Under the pieces are notes generated by a model. The model ran no database searches. It saw only the letters and a program-made list of their open reading frames with translations, and was not told where the DNA came from. Below, piece by piece: positions 1-9,834 of a stretch of 64,000 nucleotides of DNA. The translations under genes and the position numbers were made by a program. Each line of letters starts with the position of its first letter. Within the stretch, counting starts at the first letter, position 1. Where the stretch lies: the NCBI GenBank assembly GCA_020724465.1, contig DYGX01000006.1:67603-131602 (forward strand), written 5' to 3'. This stretch comes from Thermoflexus sp. GTDB taxonomy: Bacteria > Chloroflexota > Anaerolineae > Aggregatilineales > Aggregatilineaceae.

Positions 1-22
1 TGCATGGCGCGGATCTCTGGCG

Positions 23-946
23 TCACCCGTTCACGGCGTGGGGGTGATCGACGCGCACCAGGTCGAGCATCGCCGCGCGGGCGTTCGCCTCGACCTGCTC
101 GACCGACTTCATGCCGGGAATGACGCACGTCACAGCGGGGTGCATCAGGCACCAGGCCAGCGCCCAGGACGCCATATCCACGCCGGGCGGCAGCTCCATC
201 GCGCGGATGCGCTCAACCTCTTCCAGATTCTGCCGGACGCGCTCCTCTTTGAAGCGCGCGCGCACGTCGTTCGGCGCGAAGCGATCGCCGAGCCGGTACT
301 TGCCGCTCAGGAAGCCGCTCGCCAGCGGCACGCGGGCCAGCACGCCGAGATCCTGCTCCTGGCAGGCGGGCAGCACTTCGGCCTCGGCGGCGCGGTCGAG
401 CCGGTTGTAAACCACCTGGATCGCCTCGGCGCCGACCTCGCCGGCCCGCAGCGTCTGGTAGGTGTTGGTGTTGGGGCTGATCGACAGTCCGAGATGGCGG
501 ATCTTGCCGGCCCGCACCTGATCGTTGAGCATCTCCCACAGTTCGGGCTGGTCGAACGCCTCGTTGGGGCCGGAGTGGAACTGGTACAGATCGACATAGT
601 CAGTTTGCAGCGCGCGCAAGGACGCTTCAAGCTGCTCGCGAACCGCGTCGGGCGTCCACGCCTCGTCGCGGTCCAGGTGCCCGTTGAAACGGTGGCCGAA
701 CTTGGTCGCGATGATCCACTGCTCGCGCTGGCCCTTGATCGCCTCGCCGATCAGCGCCTCGGAGAGGTGATCGCCGTAGCACTCGGCCGTGTCGATCAGG
801 TTGATGCCCAGCTCCTGGGCGCGCCCGAGGATACGGTTGACGGACGCCTGGTCGAAGGCCATCCCCCACTCACCGCCGAACTGCCACGTCCCGACGCCGA
901 CGACGGACACCTCAAGCTCGGTGCGCCCTAAACGACGATATTTCAT
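23..946 (-). CDS. Aldo/keto reductase
   Basis: MKYRRLGRTELEVSVVGVGTW, IDTAECYG, IATKFG, SLRALQTDYVDLYQFH and IPGMKS motifs. An AAGGAG RBS precedes the ATG at 946. Confidence 0.93.
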   Translation of the reverse strand: MKYRRLGRTELEVSVVGVGTWQFGGEWGMAFDQASVNRILGRAQELGINLIDTAECYGDHLSEALIGEAIKGQREQWIIATKFGHRFNGHLDRDEAWTPDAVREQLEASLRALQTDYVDLYQFHSGPNEAFDQPELWEMLNDQVRAGKIRHLGLSISPNTNTYQTLRAGEVGAEAIQVVYNRLDRAAEAEVLPACQEQDLGVLARVPLASGFLSGKYRLGDRFAPNDVRARFKEERVRQNLEEVERIRAMELPPGVDMASWALAWCLMHPAVTCVIPGMKSVEQVEANARAAMLDLVRVDHPHAVNG

Positions 947-1173
947 AATCAATGGTCTCCTTTGCTCGATGAACACTCTCAAAAGTGATTATAGCGATCC
1001 GGAGAGTCCCGGCGCACGGTTGCGCCGGACCACACCGACGGCTTACAGTATAAGGTGACGATCGTAAGAATACTAATCGCCGCGCTCTGGGCTACCCCAT
1101 GTGGCGACCGGCGCCGCATGATCCCGAACACCGGAGCGCACAAGTACATGCGGCCGCCTGGCCGCGAGGACCT

Positions 1174-1875
1174 ATGCCCATCACCATCCGCGAGCTGCAC
1201 CGCTGGGACCTGACGCCTGCCGAAGCGATCGCGCTCCAGCACGAGCTGGCCCCGCAGATCGACACCGCGACACCGCTGCCGCTCGACGATCTGCGCCTGG
1301 TCGGCGGGATCGACGTCAGCGTCAGGGACAACATCAGCCGGGCAGCCGTCGTCGTGCTGAGCTACCCGGCGCTGGAAGTCGTCGAGCGCATCACGGCGGC
1401 CATCCCCACGCCCTTCCCCTACATCCCCGGCCTGCTGTCGTTCCGCGAGGGCGCGGTGATCGTGGACGCCCTGCGCCAACTGCGCGCCACGCCGGACGTG
1501 TTCATCGTCGACGGCCAGGGAATCGCGCACCCCCGCCGCATCGGGATCGCGTCGCACATCGGGCTGTGGATCGACGTGCCGACGGTCGGCTGTGGCAAGA
1601 CACGCCTGACCGGGACGCACGAGCCGGTCCCGCCCGCCAAAGGCGCCTGGACGCCGCTGATCGATCACGGCGAGATCATCGGGGGTGTGCTGCGCACGCG
1701 CGAGGCAGTCCATCCGGTGTTTGTCTCGGTGGGCAACCGCGCCACGCTCGAAACCGCGCTGGAACTGGTGCTGCGCTGCACCACCCGCTACCGCCTGCCG
1801 GAGCCGATCCGCGCCGCGCACAACACCGCCGGGCAGAGCGACGCCGCCCCGCCCGGCCAACTCCCGCTATGGTAA
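1174..1875 (+). CDS. nfi: Endonuclease V (deoxyinosine 3' endonuclease)
   Basis: GGIDVS, FPYIPGLLSFRE, VDGQGIAHPRRIGIASH, GCGKT and YRLPEPIRAAH motifs. GAGGA RBS before the ATG at 1174. Confidence 0.95.
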   Translation: MPITIRELHRWDLTPAEAIALQHELAPQIDTATPLPLDDLRLVGGIDVSVRDNISRAAVVVLSYPALEVVERITAAIPTPFPYIPGLLSFREGAVIVDALRQLRATPDVFIVDGQGIAHPRRIGIASHIGLWIDVPTVGCGKTRLTGTHEPVPPAKGAWTPLIDHGEIIGGVLRTREAVHPVFVSVGNRATLETALELVLRCTTRYRLPEPIRAAHNTAGQSDAAPPGQLPLW

Positions 1876-1893
1876 ACGACCCCTTGCGGCGCG

Positions 1894-2790
1894 TCAGGGC
1901 CGCTCGCCGATCGTGACCGGCCGCTCCTGCACCTCGCCGCCGCGCACGATGCGCGCCGTGACCGTCTGCCCGACGCGATCCGCGCTGAGGGCTGCCTGCA
2001 GGTCGTCCATGTGGCGGATGCGCTGGTCGCCCAGCGCCACAAGCGTATCGCCGAGCAGCAGACCGGCCTGGTCCGCCGGGCTGCCCGGCTCCACGCTGAC
2101 CAGCAGCAGACCGGTCTCCTGGCCCAGCGCGGCGGCCAGAGCGTCCGGCAGGCGCACCGGCTGCGAGCCAATCCCCAGAAAGCCGCGCCGCACGCGCCCG
2201 TGCGCCAGCAGCGCCTCAACCACGCGCCGCAGCGTCGCCGCCGGGACGGTCAGGCTGGCGCCGCGCAACAGCGCCGATGTGTTCAGCCCGATCACCTCGC
2301 CCGCCGCGTTGAGCAGCGGACCGCCCGAAAAGCCGGGGTACATGACCAGATCGGACATGATGTAGCGGTCCACATAGCCACCCGCCGGGGTTCGCCAGCC
2401 ATCTTCCAGCGCGCTGAGCAGGCCCAGCGACGCCTGGAGCGTGTCGTCGGGCCGCCCAAGCGCCAGCACAAGCTGGCCCACGCGCAGGGTCGCGCCGTCC
2501 GCCCACCTGGGGGGTGTAAGATCGCCGGCCTGGACGCGCAGCACAGCCAGGTCGGTGCTGGGGTCGCGGCCCACCAGCGACGCCGCGAGGGTGCGCCCGT
2601 CCGCCAGCCCGACGGTGATCCCCTCGTCGCGCCGGACGGTGTGATGCGAGGCCACAATCACCCCGTCGCCCGACCAGACAATGCCGGACGCGGGGAAGCG
2701 CCGCCGCGCATCAACCCGCACCACGACCGGGCTGGCGCTTTCGACCGCGGCGGCCAGATCGTTCGATATCTGCTCAAGCATACTCGCCAC
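1894..2790 (-). CDS. S1C (HtrA-like) serine protease with C-terminal PDZ domain; no signal peptide
   Basis: Triad segments ASHH, TDLAVL and PGFSGGPL; PDZ segment VEPGSPADQAGLLLGD. GTG start chosen from the AGGAG RBS. Confidence 0.9.
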   Translation of the reverse strand: MASMLEQISNDLAAAVESASPVVVRVDARRRFPASGIVWSGDGVIVASHHTVRRDEGITVGLADGRTLAASLVGRDPSTDLAVLRVQAGDLTPPRWADGATLRVGQLVLALGRPDDTLQASLGLLSALEDGWRTPAGGYVDRYIMSDLVMYPGFSGGPLLNAAGEVIGLNTSALLRGASLTVPAATLRRVVEALLAHGRVRRGFLGIGSQPVRLPDALAAALGQETGLLLVSVEPGSPADQAGLLLGDTLVALGDQRIRHMDDLQAALSADRVGQTVTARIVRGGEVQERPVTIGERP

Positions 2791-2911
2791 TGATTCGCTC
2801 TCCTGGCGCTGCGCGCCACTGTGTTGTTTCCGGTTTGATTCCAAGGATAGCCCGGCACCCGCGGCGCGAGATCAGCTTTCCGAGGAGATCAGCCCCGACC
2901 GAATGGGCAGG

Positions 2912-3544
2912 TCAGGCGGTCAGCAGGCCCAGCCGGATCGCCAGGACAACCGCTTCGGTGCGGCTCTGCGCGCCCAGCTTGCCGAGGATCGCGTTGAGGT
3001 GAAACTTGACGGTATGCTCGCTGATGCCCAACCGCTGCGCGATGGCGCGGTTCGCCAGCCCTTCGGCCAACAGCGCCAGCACGTCCATCTCGCGCGGGGT
3101 CAGGCGGTCGATAGGCGCGCGGGCAGCCGAAGGTGAAAGCCCTGGCTCCAGCAGTGAATCGAACAGCGCGGGATCGAACACCGCCAGGCCGGCACACACC
3201 GCCTGCAAGGCGGCGGCGAGCTTCTCCGGCTCGACCGAGCGAGGCAGCAGACCGCGCACCCCCGCCGCCCACAGCGGCGCGCTCAGCCCTGCCTCAGGGA
3301 TCAGCACGACCAGCGGCGGCGCGGCAGCATCCCATTCGGCCAGCGCCTGGGGCAGCTCGTCCGCGTCCCAGCCGACATCCCACACCACCGCGTCCGGCCG
3401 GTAGAGCGCCAGCGCCGCGTCGGGATCGTCCGCTCCGGACGCCTGCCCGACGACCGTACAGCCTTCCTGCCCGGCCAACAGCGCGGCCAGCCCGGCGCGC
3501 GCCAGCGGGTCATCTGCCACGATCAGCACGCGTATCTCGTCCAT
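2912..3544 (-). CDS. NarL/LuxR-family response regulator with atypical receiver domain
   Basis: IRVLIVADDP receiver start; LuxR HTH LTPREMDVLALLAEGLANRAIAQRLGISEHTVKFH. Confidence 0.92.
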   Translation of the reverse strand: MDEIRVLIVADDPLARAGLAALLAGQEGCTVVGQASGADDPDAALALYRPDAVVWDVGWDADELPQALAEWDAAAPPLVVLIPEAGLSAPLWAAGVRGLLPRSVEPEKLAAALQAVCAGLAVFDPALFDSLLEPGLSPSAARAPIDRLTPREMDVLALLAEGLANRAIAQRLGISEHTVKFHLNAILGKLGAQSRTEAVVLAIRLGLLTA

Positions 3545-3758
3545 ACGCCCAATCATAGACGCTGGCGCGGACGCACGGCAACCGCTCGCTGCAGCCAGGC
3601 TAAGGACGAGCCGCATTTATGAAGTTTGCCTTAATAATATCTCACGACTCGGCCATTTGCGGCTATACTGTGGGGTGTAGGATGTGTTCGCGCGTGGGGG
3701 GCAGGCGCGCGCTGTGTGCGGGGTGAGCTTGGGGACGCTGAATAGCCCAAAACTCCGA

Positions 3759-3787
3759 TTTACGCCGCTGCCGCCCCGCGCTATAAC
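3759..3787 (+). promoter_or_regulatory. Putative sigma70 promoter of the ATPase-kinase gene
   Basis: TTTACG-17bp-TATAAC, about 50 bp upstream of the ATG. Confidence 0.55.
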
Positions 3788-3836
3788 TCATCGCCGCACG
3801 CACCGTTGAGACGATCCAGGCGGGCCAGGCAGCATC

Positions 3837-5783
3837 ATGAGCGTAAACCGGCTGTCCATCGCGCCATCCACAGCCTTTCACACCCAGGGGCCGCTCCCGC
3901 CAGACGCAGCCCACCTGTACGTGCTGCGCCCGGCTGATACGCTGCTGGAAAAGCTGATCGACCGGCGCGAAACGATCGCCCTCATCGGCCCGCGACTGAG
4001 CGGCAAGTCCAGCATGCTGCTGCGCCAGTGGGCGCGGCTGCGCGCCTCGCCGCGTGTCGTTCCCGTCTACATTGCGCTGGGAACGCTGCAACACCTCACC
4101 GAGCCGGAATGGTACGCTCAGCTTCACGCTCGTCTGGCGCAGCAGGCGGGCATTGACCTCCTGCCGCCGGACCCCGGCGCGCCGCAGGCGCTCGTCTTTC
4201 AGGCCACGATCGTGGACGCGCTGGAAGGGCCGCTGCGCGGCAGGACGCTGGTCATCATGCTCGATCAGGTTGAGGCGGTGCCCCCGGCCTTCGGCGCAGC
4301 GTTCTTCGCCACCCTGCGCGAGATGGCCGTCAACCGCTGGATGGAGCCGGCCCTGCAGAACGTCGCCTTTGTGCTGGCCGGGCGCTTCATGCCCGACGAT
4401 CTGATCCGGAACCCGACCATCTCGCCCTTTCGCGTGGCGGAGACCGTCTACGTCTCCGACGCCGATCTCGAAGCGCTGACGTATCTGGTCGCGCAGCTTG
4501 CCGCCGAGACGCGCCAGATCGCCTCAGACGTCCCTGAGCGCATCTTCGAGTGGACCGAGGGGGACATCTACCTGACGCACCGGCTGTGCGCCGCGCTGGC
4601 GCAGGACGTGCCCGAAGGCGCGGTGCTGCTGGCGGACGTCGATCGCGCCGTGCGCCGCCATCTGTTCGAGGACGAGCTGTTCGGCCGCATGTGGCGCCAG
4701 ATCCAGGCCGATCCGGACGTCAGCGCGCTGGTCGCGACGCTGCTGCATCACCGCGAAACGGTGCGCTTCACCCTGCTCCAGCGCCCTATCATGCAGGCGT
4801 GGCTCGAAGGCGCCGTCCGGCCGGACCCGCTGGGCAACTGTGTGTTGCGCAGCCTGGTGCACGAGAGCGTCTTCTTCGCGCTGCAAAAAAGCGGCGCGCG
4901 TGCCGAGCGCGCGCGCCGTCCCGCGCTGTACGGCCGCCCCGGCGACGAGGGTGTGCTGCATGGCCGCTACCGCATCGATCACGTCATCCATCCAGGAATG
5001 ACCAGCTACGTCTACCGCGGCACCGACCTGGGCACAGGCGAGATGGTGGCGATCAAGCAGCTCATGGTCTCGCGTGAGATGAACGAGATGGCCTGGCATC
5101 GCTTCCAGCGCGAGGCCGAGGCGCTCAAGCAGCTCGACCATCCCAATATCGTCCGCCTGCGCGACGCCTTTCGTGACGACGATTTCGAGTACATCGTGAT
5201 GGAATACGTCTACGGCGGCTCGCTCTTCGACCGGCTCAACCGCGAGGGGCGGCTGCCGCTGCGCCAGGTACTGCTGATCGCCGAGCAGCTTGCCAGCGCG
5301 CTCGAGCACGCCCACGCGCGCGGCATCATCCACCGCGACGTCAAGCCGTCCAACATCATGCTGACGGTGGATTACACGCCCCTGCTGGCGGATTTCGGCA
5401 TCGCCCGGCTCACCGGCACCTCGACCGTCACCCAGCCGCGCACGCTGATCGGCACCACGCCCTACCTCAGCCCGGAAGCCTGCCTGGGCGATCCGGTGGA
5501 CGCCCGCGGCGATCTCTGGTCACTGGGCATCATCCTCTACGAGATGCTGGCCGGGTCCGTCCCGTTCACTGGCCGGACGGACGAGCAGATCGCCCGCGCC
5601 ATCCTCGACAACCCGCTGCCCGATCTGCGCGCCATCCGCCCGGACGTGCCCGATGCCATCGTCGCCCTGCTGAACGACATCCTCGCCAAGCACCCCGCCG
5701 ACCGGATCGCATCCGCCCGCGCCGTTCACGACCGGCTGCGCGCGCTGCGTGCGGCGCTGAACGGCGACAGCCGGGGGCGCTAG
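3837..5783 (+). CDS. AAA_35/STAND-like ATPase fused to a C-terminal Hanks-type Ser/Thr kinase
   Basis: Walker A GPRLSGKSS and Walker B VIMLDQVE; kinase motifs VAIK, FQREA, HRDVKPSN, DFG, YLSPE and DLWSLG. No TM segment. Confidence 0.9.
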   Translation: MSVNRLSIAPSTAFHTQGPLPPDAAHLYVLRPADTLLEKLIDRRETIALIGPRLSGKSSMLLRQWARLRASPRVVPVYIALGTLQHLTEPEWYAQLHARLAQQAGIDLLPPDPGAPQALVFQATIVDALEGPLRGRTLVIMLDQVEAVPPAFGAAFFATLREMAVNRWMEPALQNVAFVLAGRFMPDDLIRNPTISPFRVAETVYVSDADLEALTYLVAQLAAETRQIASDVPERIFEWTEGDIYLTHRLCAALAQDVPEGAVLLADVDRAVRRHLFEDELFGRMWRQIQADPDVSALVATLLHHRETVRFTLLQRPIMQAWLEGAVRPDPLGNCVLRSLVHESVFFALQKSGARAERARRPALYGRPGDEGVLHGRYRIDHVIHPGMTSYVYRGTDLGTGEMVAIKQLMVSREMNEMAWHRFQREAEALKQLDHPNIVRLRDAFRDDDFEYIVMEYVYGGSLFDRLNREGRLPLRQVLLIAEQLASALEHAHARGIIHRDVKPSNIMLTVDYTPLLADFGIARLTGTSTVTQPRTLIGTTPYLSPEACLGDPVDARGDLWSLGIILYEMLAGSVPFTGRTDEQIARAILDNPLPDLRAIRPDVPDAIVALLNDILAKHPADRIASARAVHDRLRALRAALNGDSRGR

Positions 5784-5784
5784 G

Positions 5785-5890
5785 GCATCCCAACCCCCCG
5801 GCCCCTCGCGCGAGGGGAAGCGCGCGGCACATGAAAGCCCCTCTCCCCGCGACACCGTCGCAGAGGGAGAGGGGTTTGGGGTGAGGGGAA
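5785..5890 (+). repeat. REP/REPIN-like composite palindromic element, copy 1
   Basis: 5835-5885 is identical over 51 nt to 36270-36320. Contains a CCCCTCTCCC...GGGAGAGGGG hairpin and lies between convergent genes. Confidence 0.85.
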
Positions 5891-5934
5891 TGATGCCCGC
5901 CCTCCACACAATTAATCCAAAAAGGAAACCGCCC

Positions 5935-7524
5935 CTATTCCGGCGGATCGACGCGGTATAACTCCAGCGCGACTCCGCCGAACGGCCGCTCGAAACGCGC
6001 CACCCGCTCGCGCCGCACCGGCAGCCGGTTGAGGTCCACAAAGGGCGCGTCCGGCTCCGCCAGCAGATACGTCACCGTCTCGGACGCGAAGAAGTGCGCC
6101 AGATCGGCGGTCACCGCGTCGAGGTGCTCGCCTTGCCAGCCGAAGAACGGGCACTTCAGGTTGACCGCGCCGTCTTCGGGCAGATAGAGGCGCAGCGCGT
6201 GACAGCCGACGATGGTGCTGACGACCGGCACGCGCCCGCTGGTTGAGGAACGCGGCAGAGTCTGCATTGCCTCGACCGCCTCGCGCCAGCCAAAGCCCGC
6301 CGAGAAATTGGTGTAATATTCCCAGCGGTCGTGTTCGGGCAGGCGCAGGGCCAGCGGGTCGTTCCAGGCGTTCCAGGCGAAGGGCAGCGCGATCGCCGCG
6401 CTCCACACCCCGATCGTCCCCGCCAGCGCGGCGCGGGCCAGTCCGCCCCCGGCCCGCCGTGCCAGCGCGCCCGAAGCGCCCCACAGGCCGGCCGCCACCC
6501 ACACCAGCAGCGGCGGGATGCCCAGCAGCCAGTAGCGGTTGGACGGATCGGGCGAGAGGGCCAGGATGATGCTCCACGGCAGCAGCGTGCACCCCGCCAG
6601 ATAGAGCGCGGGCCGCCGCCAGCGCCAGAGCGCCCAGGCCGCCGCGCCCAGCGCCGCGATCACCGCCGCCGGGCCGTGGAACCCGGCCAGCGTCTCACCC
6701 AGCGCAGGGATGTTGGCCGCAAGCACCCGCCCGAACCCGCTCGTCACAAACAGGTTGGTGCCCACCAGCAGCACCGGCTCTTGCTGCACCTGGCGGAAGA
6801 CCGGGAACAGCATGAACGGCAACCCGCTGATCAGGTTAAAAGCGTAGGCGGTCGCCAGCGCGGGCCAGTAGCGCGGCGCGACGATCCGCGCCAGCCGCGC
6901 CCGCCAGCCGGAACCAGCCGGCGCGCTGTCGCGCTCGCCCAGCGTCCAGATCGCCGCCACAGAGGCCAGCGCGAAGGGCGCAGCGGTCAGCTTGGCGAGC
7001 ACCGCCAGGGATACGAACAGGCCGCTCAGCAGCCCGGCGCGCGGCGTGGGCCGCCGCGCCAGCCGGATCCCGGCCCAGACGGCCAGCATCCCGAAGGCGG
7101 CGGCGAGCTGGTCCGCCAGAATCATGCGCTCGTAGAAGACGAGATAGGGCGAGAGGGCATACAACAGCAGCGCCAGAACCCCCACTGCGTGCCCGAACAG
7201 CGCCCGCCCCACGCGGTACGTCGCCGCCGCGCCGATCAGGATCGCCAGCGCGTAGACCAGCCGCCCGCCGTGCAGCGCGTCGAGCCGGTCGAAGCCGAAC
7301 GCGCCCAGCCAGTAATAGCCGAGCAGCTTGCCCGCGGTGAACGACACCGGATCGTCGAAGCGCCACACGATCTCGCTGCGGCGGATGTGCAGCGATTCAT
7401 CGTTGAAGGCGGGCATCGCCAGGGCGTTGTGCGCCCGCACGAAGAACGCGACCAGCAGCAGCGCGACGATCACCATCAGATGCGGTGCGCCCAGCGGGCG
7501 ATCGCGAGCGGCGGGTGGAGTCAC
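5935..7524 (-). CDS. GT-C fold membrane glycosyltransferase (ArnT/PMT_2, GT39/83-like)
   Basis: FNDESLH acidic motif after the first TM helix, YERMILAD and LAK motifs, many TM segments. Confidence 0.82.
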   Translation of the reverse strand: MTPPAARDRPLGAPHLMVIVALLLVAFFVRAHNALAMPAFNDESLHIRRSEIVWRFDDPVSFTAGKLLGYYWLGAFGFDRLDALHGGRLVYALAILIGAAATYRVGRALFGHAVGVLALLLYALSPYLVFYERMILADQLAAAFGMLAVWAGIRLARRPTPRAGLLSGLFVSLAVLAKLTAAPFALASVAAIWTLGERDSAPAGSGWRARLARIVAPRYWPALATAYAFNLISGLPFMLFPVFRQVQQEPVLLVGTNLFVTSGFGRVLAANIPALGETLAGFHGPAAVIAALGAAAWALWRWRRPALYLAGCTLLPWSIILALSPDPSNRYWLLGIPPLLVWVAAGLWGASGALARRAGGGLARAALAGTIGVWSAAIALPFAWNAWNDPLALRLPEHDRWEYYTNFSAGFGWREAVEAMQTLPRSSTSGRVPVVSTIVGCHALRLYLPEDGAVNLKCPFFGWQGEHLDAVTADLAHFFASETVTYLLAEPDAPFVDLNRLPVRRERVARFERPFGGVALELYRVDPPE

Positions 7525-7534
7525 CGTCTTCTCC

Positions 7535-9079
7535 TCACTCTGCCAGCGCGATCCGGTACAGGCGCACGGGGACGCCCCCGCGCGGGCGGGGATACTCGCG
7601 CAGCAGCGTCCAGGTGAACGGCAGGCGCTCCAGGTCGTACACGCCCAGCCGCTCGACCGCCATGTACAGCACCGGCTCGCGCTCTGCCCAGGCGATCAGG
7701 TGCATGGTCATCTCGTCCTGCGCGGCCGTGTTCCACATGAACAGCGGGCAATCCAGCGCGACGCGGTTGGGCGCCGTCCAGTACAAGGGCAGCGAGTGGC
7801 ACGCCGGCAGCCAGCCGATCACCGGGATGCGCCCATCCTCGCCCGGCGGCAGATCCGGCAGGTCGCGCGCCAGGTCGCGCAGCGCGTAGCCCGACGAGGT
7901 GTTGGTGAGGTATTCCCACGTGTCGCGTGCGGGCAGCGCCAGCCCCGCCGGATCGTCGATCGCCTGCCGGGCGAAGGGCACGGCGAAGGCGACCGCCCAT
8001 AGCCCCAACGCGATCCCCGCAGCCAGAGCCAGTCGCGGCGCGCGGCGGGATAGCTCGCGCGTGCCCCCGGCGGCGATGGCCAGCAGGAACGGCACGCCCA
8101 ACACCAGGTAGCGCGTCGAAAGCTGTGCCGCCACCAGGATGACGCCCGTCCAGGGCAGCAGCACCCCCGCCAGCAGGAAGATCAGCGCCCGGGGCCGCCA
8201 GCGCACCAGCGCCGCGCCGAGCAGAACGCTCAGCCCTGCCAGCCCCGGCGAGAGGAACGCGCTCGCGGCGCGGGCCGTCTGCTCCAGGTTGGCCGCGATC
8301 TGTGCCGGGCGATCATCGGTGCTGTACAGCCCTTCCTCGATCACGACGCGATCCTTCGTGCCGCCGATCTCCTGCACCAGCACATAACCGAGCGAGGGCC
8401 CCAGCGCCAGCGCGCACGCCAGCCCGGCGGCGATCAGCGGGCGCCGATACCGCGACGCGCTCAGGGCACGCCAGCCGCCCGGCGCCCGGAGCGCGATTGC
8501 CAGCGGGATCAGCGCGCCAAGCGGCAGCGCGATCAGCTTGGCGAGCGCCGCCGCACCCAGCAGCAGCCCGGCCACGGCTCCGCGCCCTTCCGAAGGACGC
8601 GCCGCCAGCCGCAGCGCGGCGATCGCCAGCGCGACGCCGATCGCCGCCGTGAACGCGTCCGCCAGCGCCAGCCGCTCGAAGAACAGCATAAACGGCGCCA
8701 GCGCGTAGAGTGCCAGCGCGATCAGCCCCGCCGCCCGGTCGAACAGCCGCCGCGCCAGGGCATAGGTCAGCGCCCCGCCCAGCGGCGCCCACAGTGCAGT
8801 CGCCACGCGCGCCAGCCAGGCGCTCTCCGGCGCGTTCAGCCCAAACAGGCCGAGCCAGTAATAGAACAGCAGCTTCTTGGGGTTGAGCGACTCGCCCAGG
8901 TCGGAGAACTGCCACACCACCCGCCCGCGCAAAATATGCAGGCTTTCGTCCACAAAAACGGGCATTGCGAGCGGGCGGTGCGCGCGCAAAGCAAACAGCA
9001 GCGCGAGCAGAACCGCCGCCGCCAGCAGATGCGCGGCGGCAAGGCGAGAGCGGAGAACGGCGCGGGCCGGAGCGGTCAC
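7535..9079 (-). CDS. GT-C fold membrane glycosyltransferase, tandem paralogue of the adjacent gene
   Basis: FVDESLH, FFERLALAD, LPARDTWEY and GCH/ACH-L-LY motifs are shared with 5935-7524. GTG start at 9079. Confidence 0.82.
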   Translation of the reverse strand: MTAPARAVLRSRLAAAHLLAAAVLLALLFALRAHRPLAMPVFVDESLHILRGRVVWQFSDLGESLNPKKLLFYYWLGLFGLNAPESAWLARVATALWAPLGGALTYALARRLFDRAAGLIALALYALAPFMLFFERLALADAFTAAIGVALAIAALRLAARPSEGRGAVAGLLLGAAALAKLIALPLGALIPLAIALRAPGGWRALSASRYRRPLIAAGLACALALGPSLGYVLVQEIGGTKDRVVIEEGLYSTDDRPAQIAANLEQTARAASAFLSPGLAGLSVLLGAALVRWRPRALIFLLAGVLLPWTGVILVAAQLSTRYLVLGVPFLLAIAAGGTRELSRRAPRLALAAGIALGLWAVAFAVPFARQAIDDPAGLALPARDTWEYLTNTSSGYALRDLARDLPDLPPGEDGRIPVIGWLPACHSLPLYWTAPNRVALDCPLFMWNTAAQDEMTMHLIAWAEREPVLYMAVERLGVYDLERLPFTWTLLREYPRPRGGVPVRLYRIALAE

Positions 9080-9122
9080 GATGGACGAGCCATTTCCTGG
9101 TGCGCGGCGGCCCGGCAGCGGA

Positions 9123-9818
9123 TCAGCCGCGCAGATGCCACAGGGAACCGTCGAGGCAGGCGCGCAGCAGCCGCCGGTCCATCCCGGCGGACGGGCCGGG
9201 CCGCTCCGGGTGCCACTGCACGCCGAGCACCGGCAGCGCGCGGTGCCAGAGCGCCTCGACCACCCCATCTTCCTCCGAAAGCGCAATTCCTTCAAGTTCC
9301 GGCGCGAGGGTGGCCGCCGTCACGCCCTGGTGATGGAACGAATTGACACGCAGCGCCGCCCCGCCGAGCGTTTCCGCCAGGCGCGCGTGCGTCAGCGCGA
9401 TCGGGTGGTCACCCTGCGTGTGATCCGGACCGCCGGGCAGCAGCGCGGCGATGTCCTGCACCAGCGCCCCGCCGAAATAGACGTTGAGAACCTGCAGCCC
9501 GCGGCAGATGCCAATCACCGGTTTGTGATGCGCGGTGGCCCAGTCCAGCAAGCGCCACTCGGTGGCGTCGCGCTCCGGCGCGATCTCGTCGCTGTGCGTG
9601 TTGGGCGCGCCGTAGCGCGAGGGGTGCACGTCGCCCCCGCCGGACAGGATCAGCCCGTCCAGGTCCAGCGCCTGAACGTAGGCCGCCGGGTCGTCCAGCG
9701 CGTTCGGGATCAGGACCGGCCAGGCGCCCAGTTCCTGGCAAAAGCGGGTATAGGTGTGCCGCAGAAAATCGGCCGGGCGGTGCGGGTCAAGGCTGAGGGT
9801 GACGGCGAGCTTGAGCAT
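9123..9818 (-). CDS. Peptidase C26 / gamma-glutamyl-gamma-aminobutyrate hydrolase family (class I GATase fold)
   Basis: LSGGGDV, GICRGLQ, VNSFHHQ and GVQWHPE motifs. Confidence 0.92.
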   Translation of the reverse strand: MLKLAVTLSLDPHRPADFLRHTYTRFCQELGAWPVLIPNALDDPAAYVQALDLDGLILSGGGDVHPSRYGAPNTHSDEIAPERDATEWRLLDWATAHHKPVIGICRGLQVLNVYFGGALVQDIAALLPGGPDHTQGDHPIALTHARLAETLGGAALRVNSFHHQGVTAATLAPELEGIALSEEDGVVEALWHRALPVLGVQWHPERPGPSAGMDRRLLRACLDGSLWHLRG

Positions 9819-9834
9819 GGCAGACCGACAGCGA

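Noticed and set aside
5785..5890. CRISPR repeat or IS end
   Set aside because: The copies are dispersed rather than regularly spaced, and there is no cas gene or transposase in the window.
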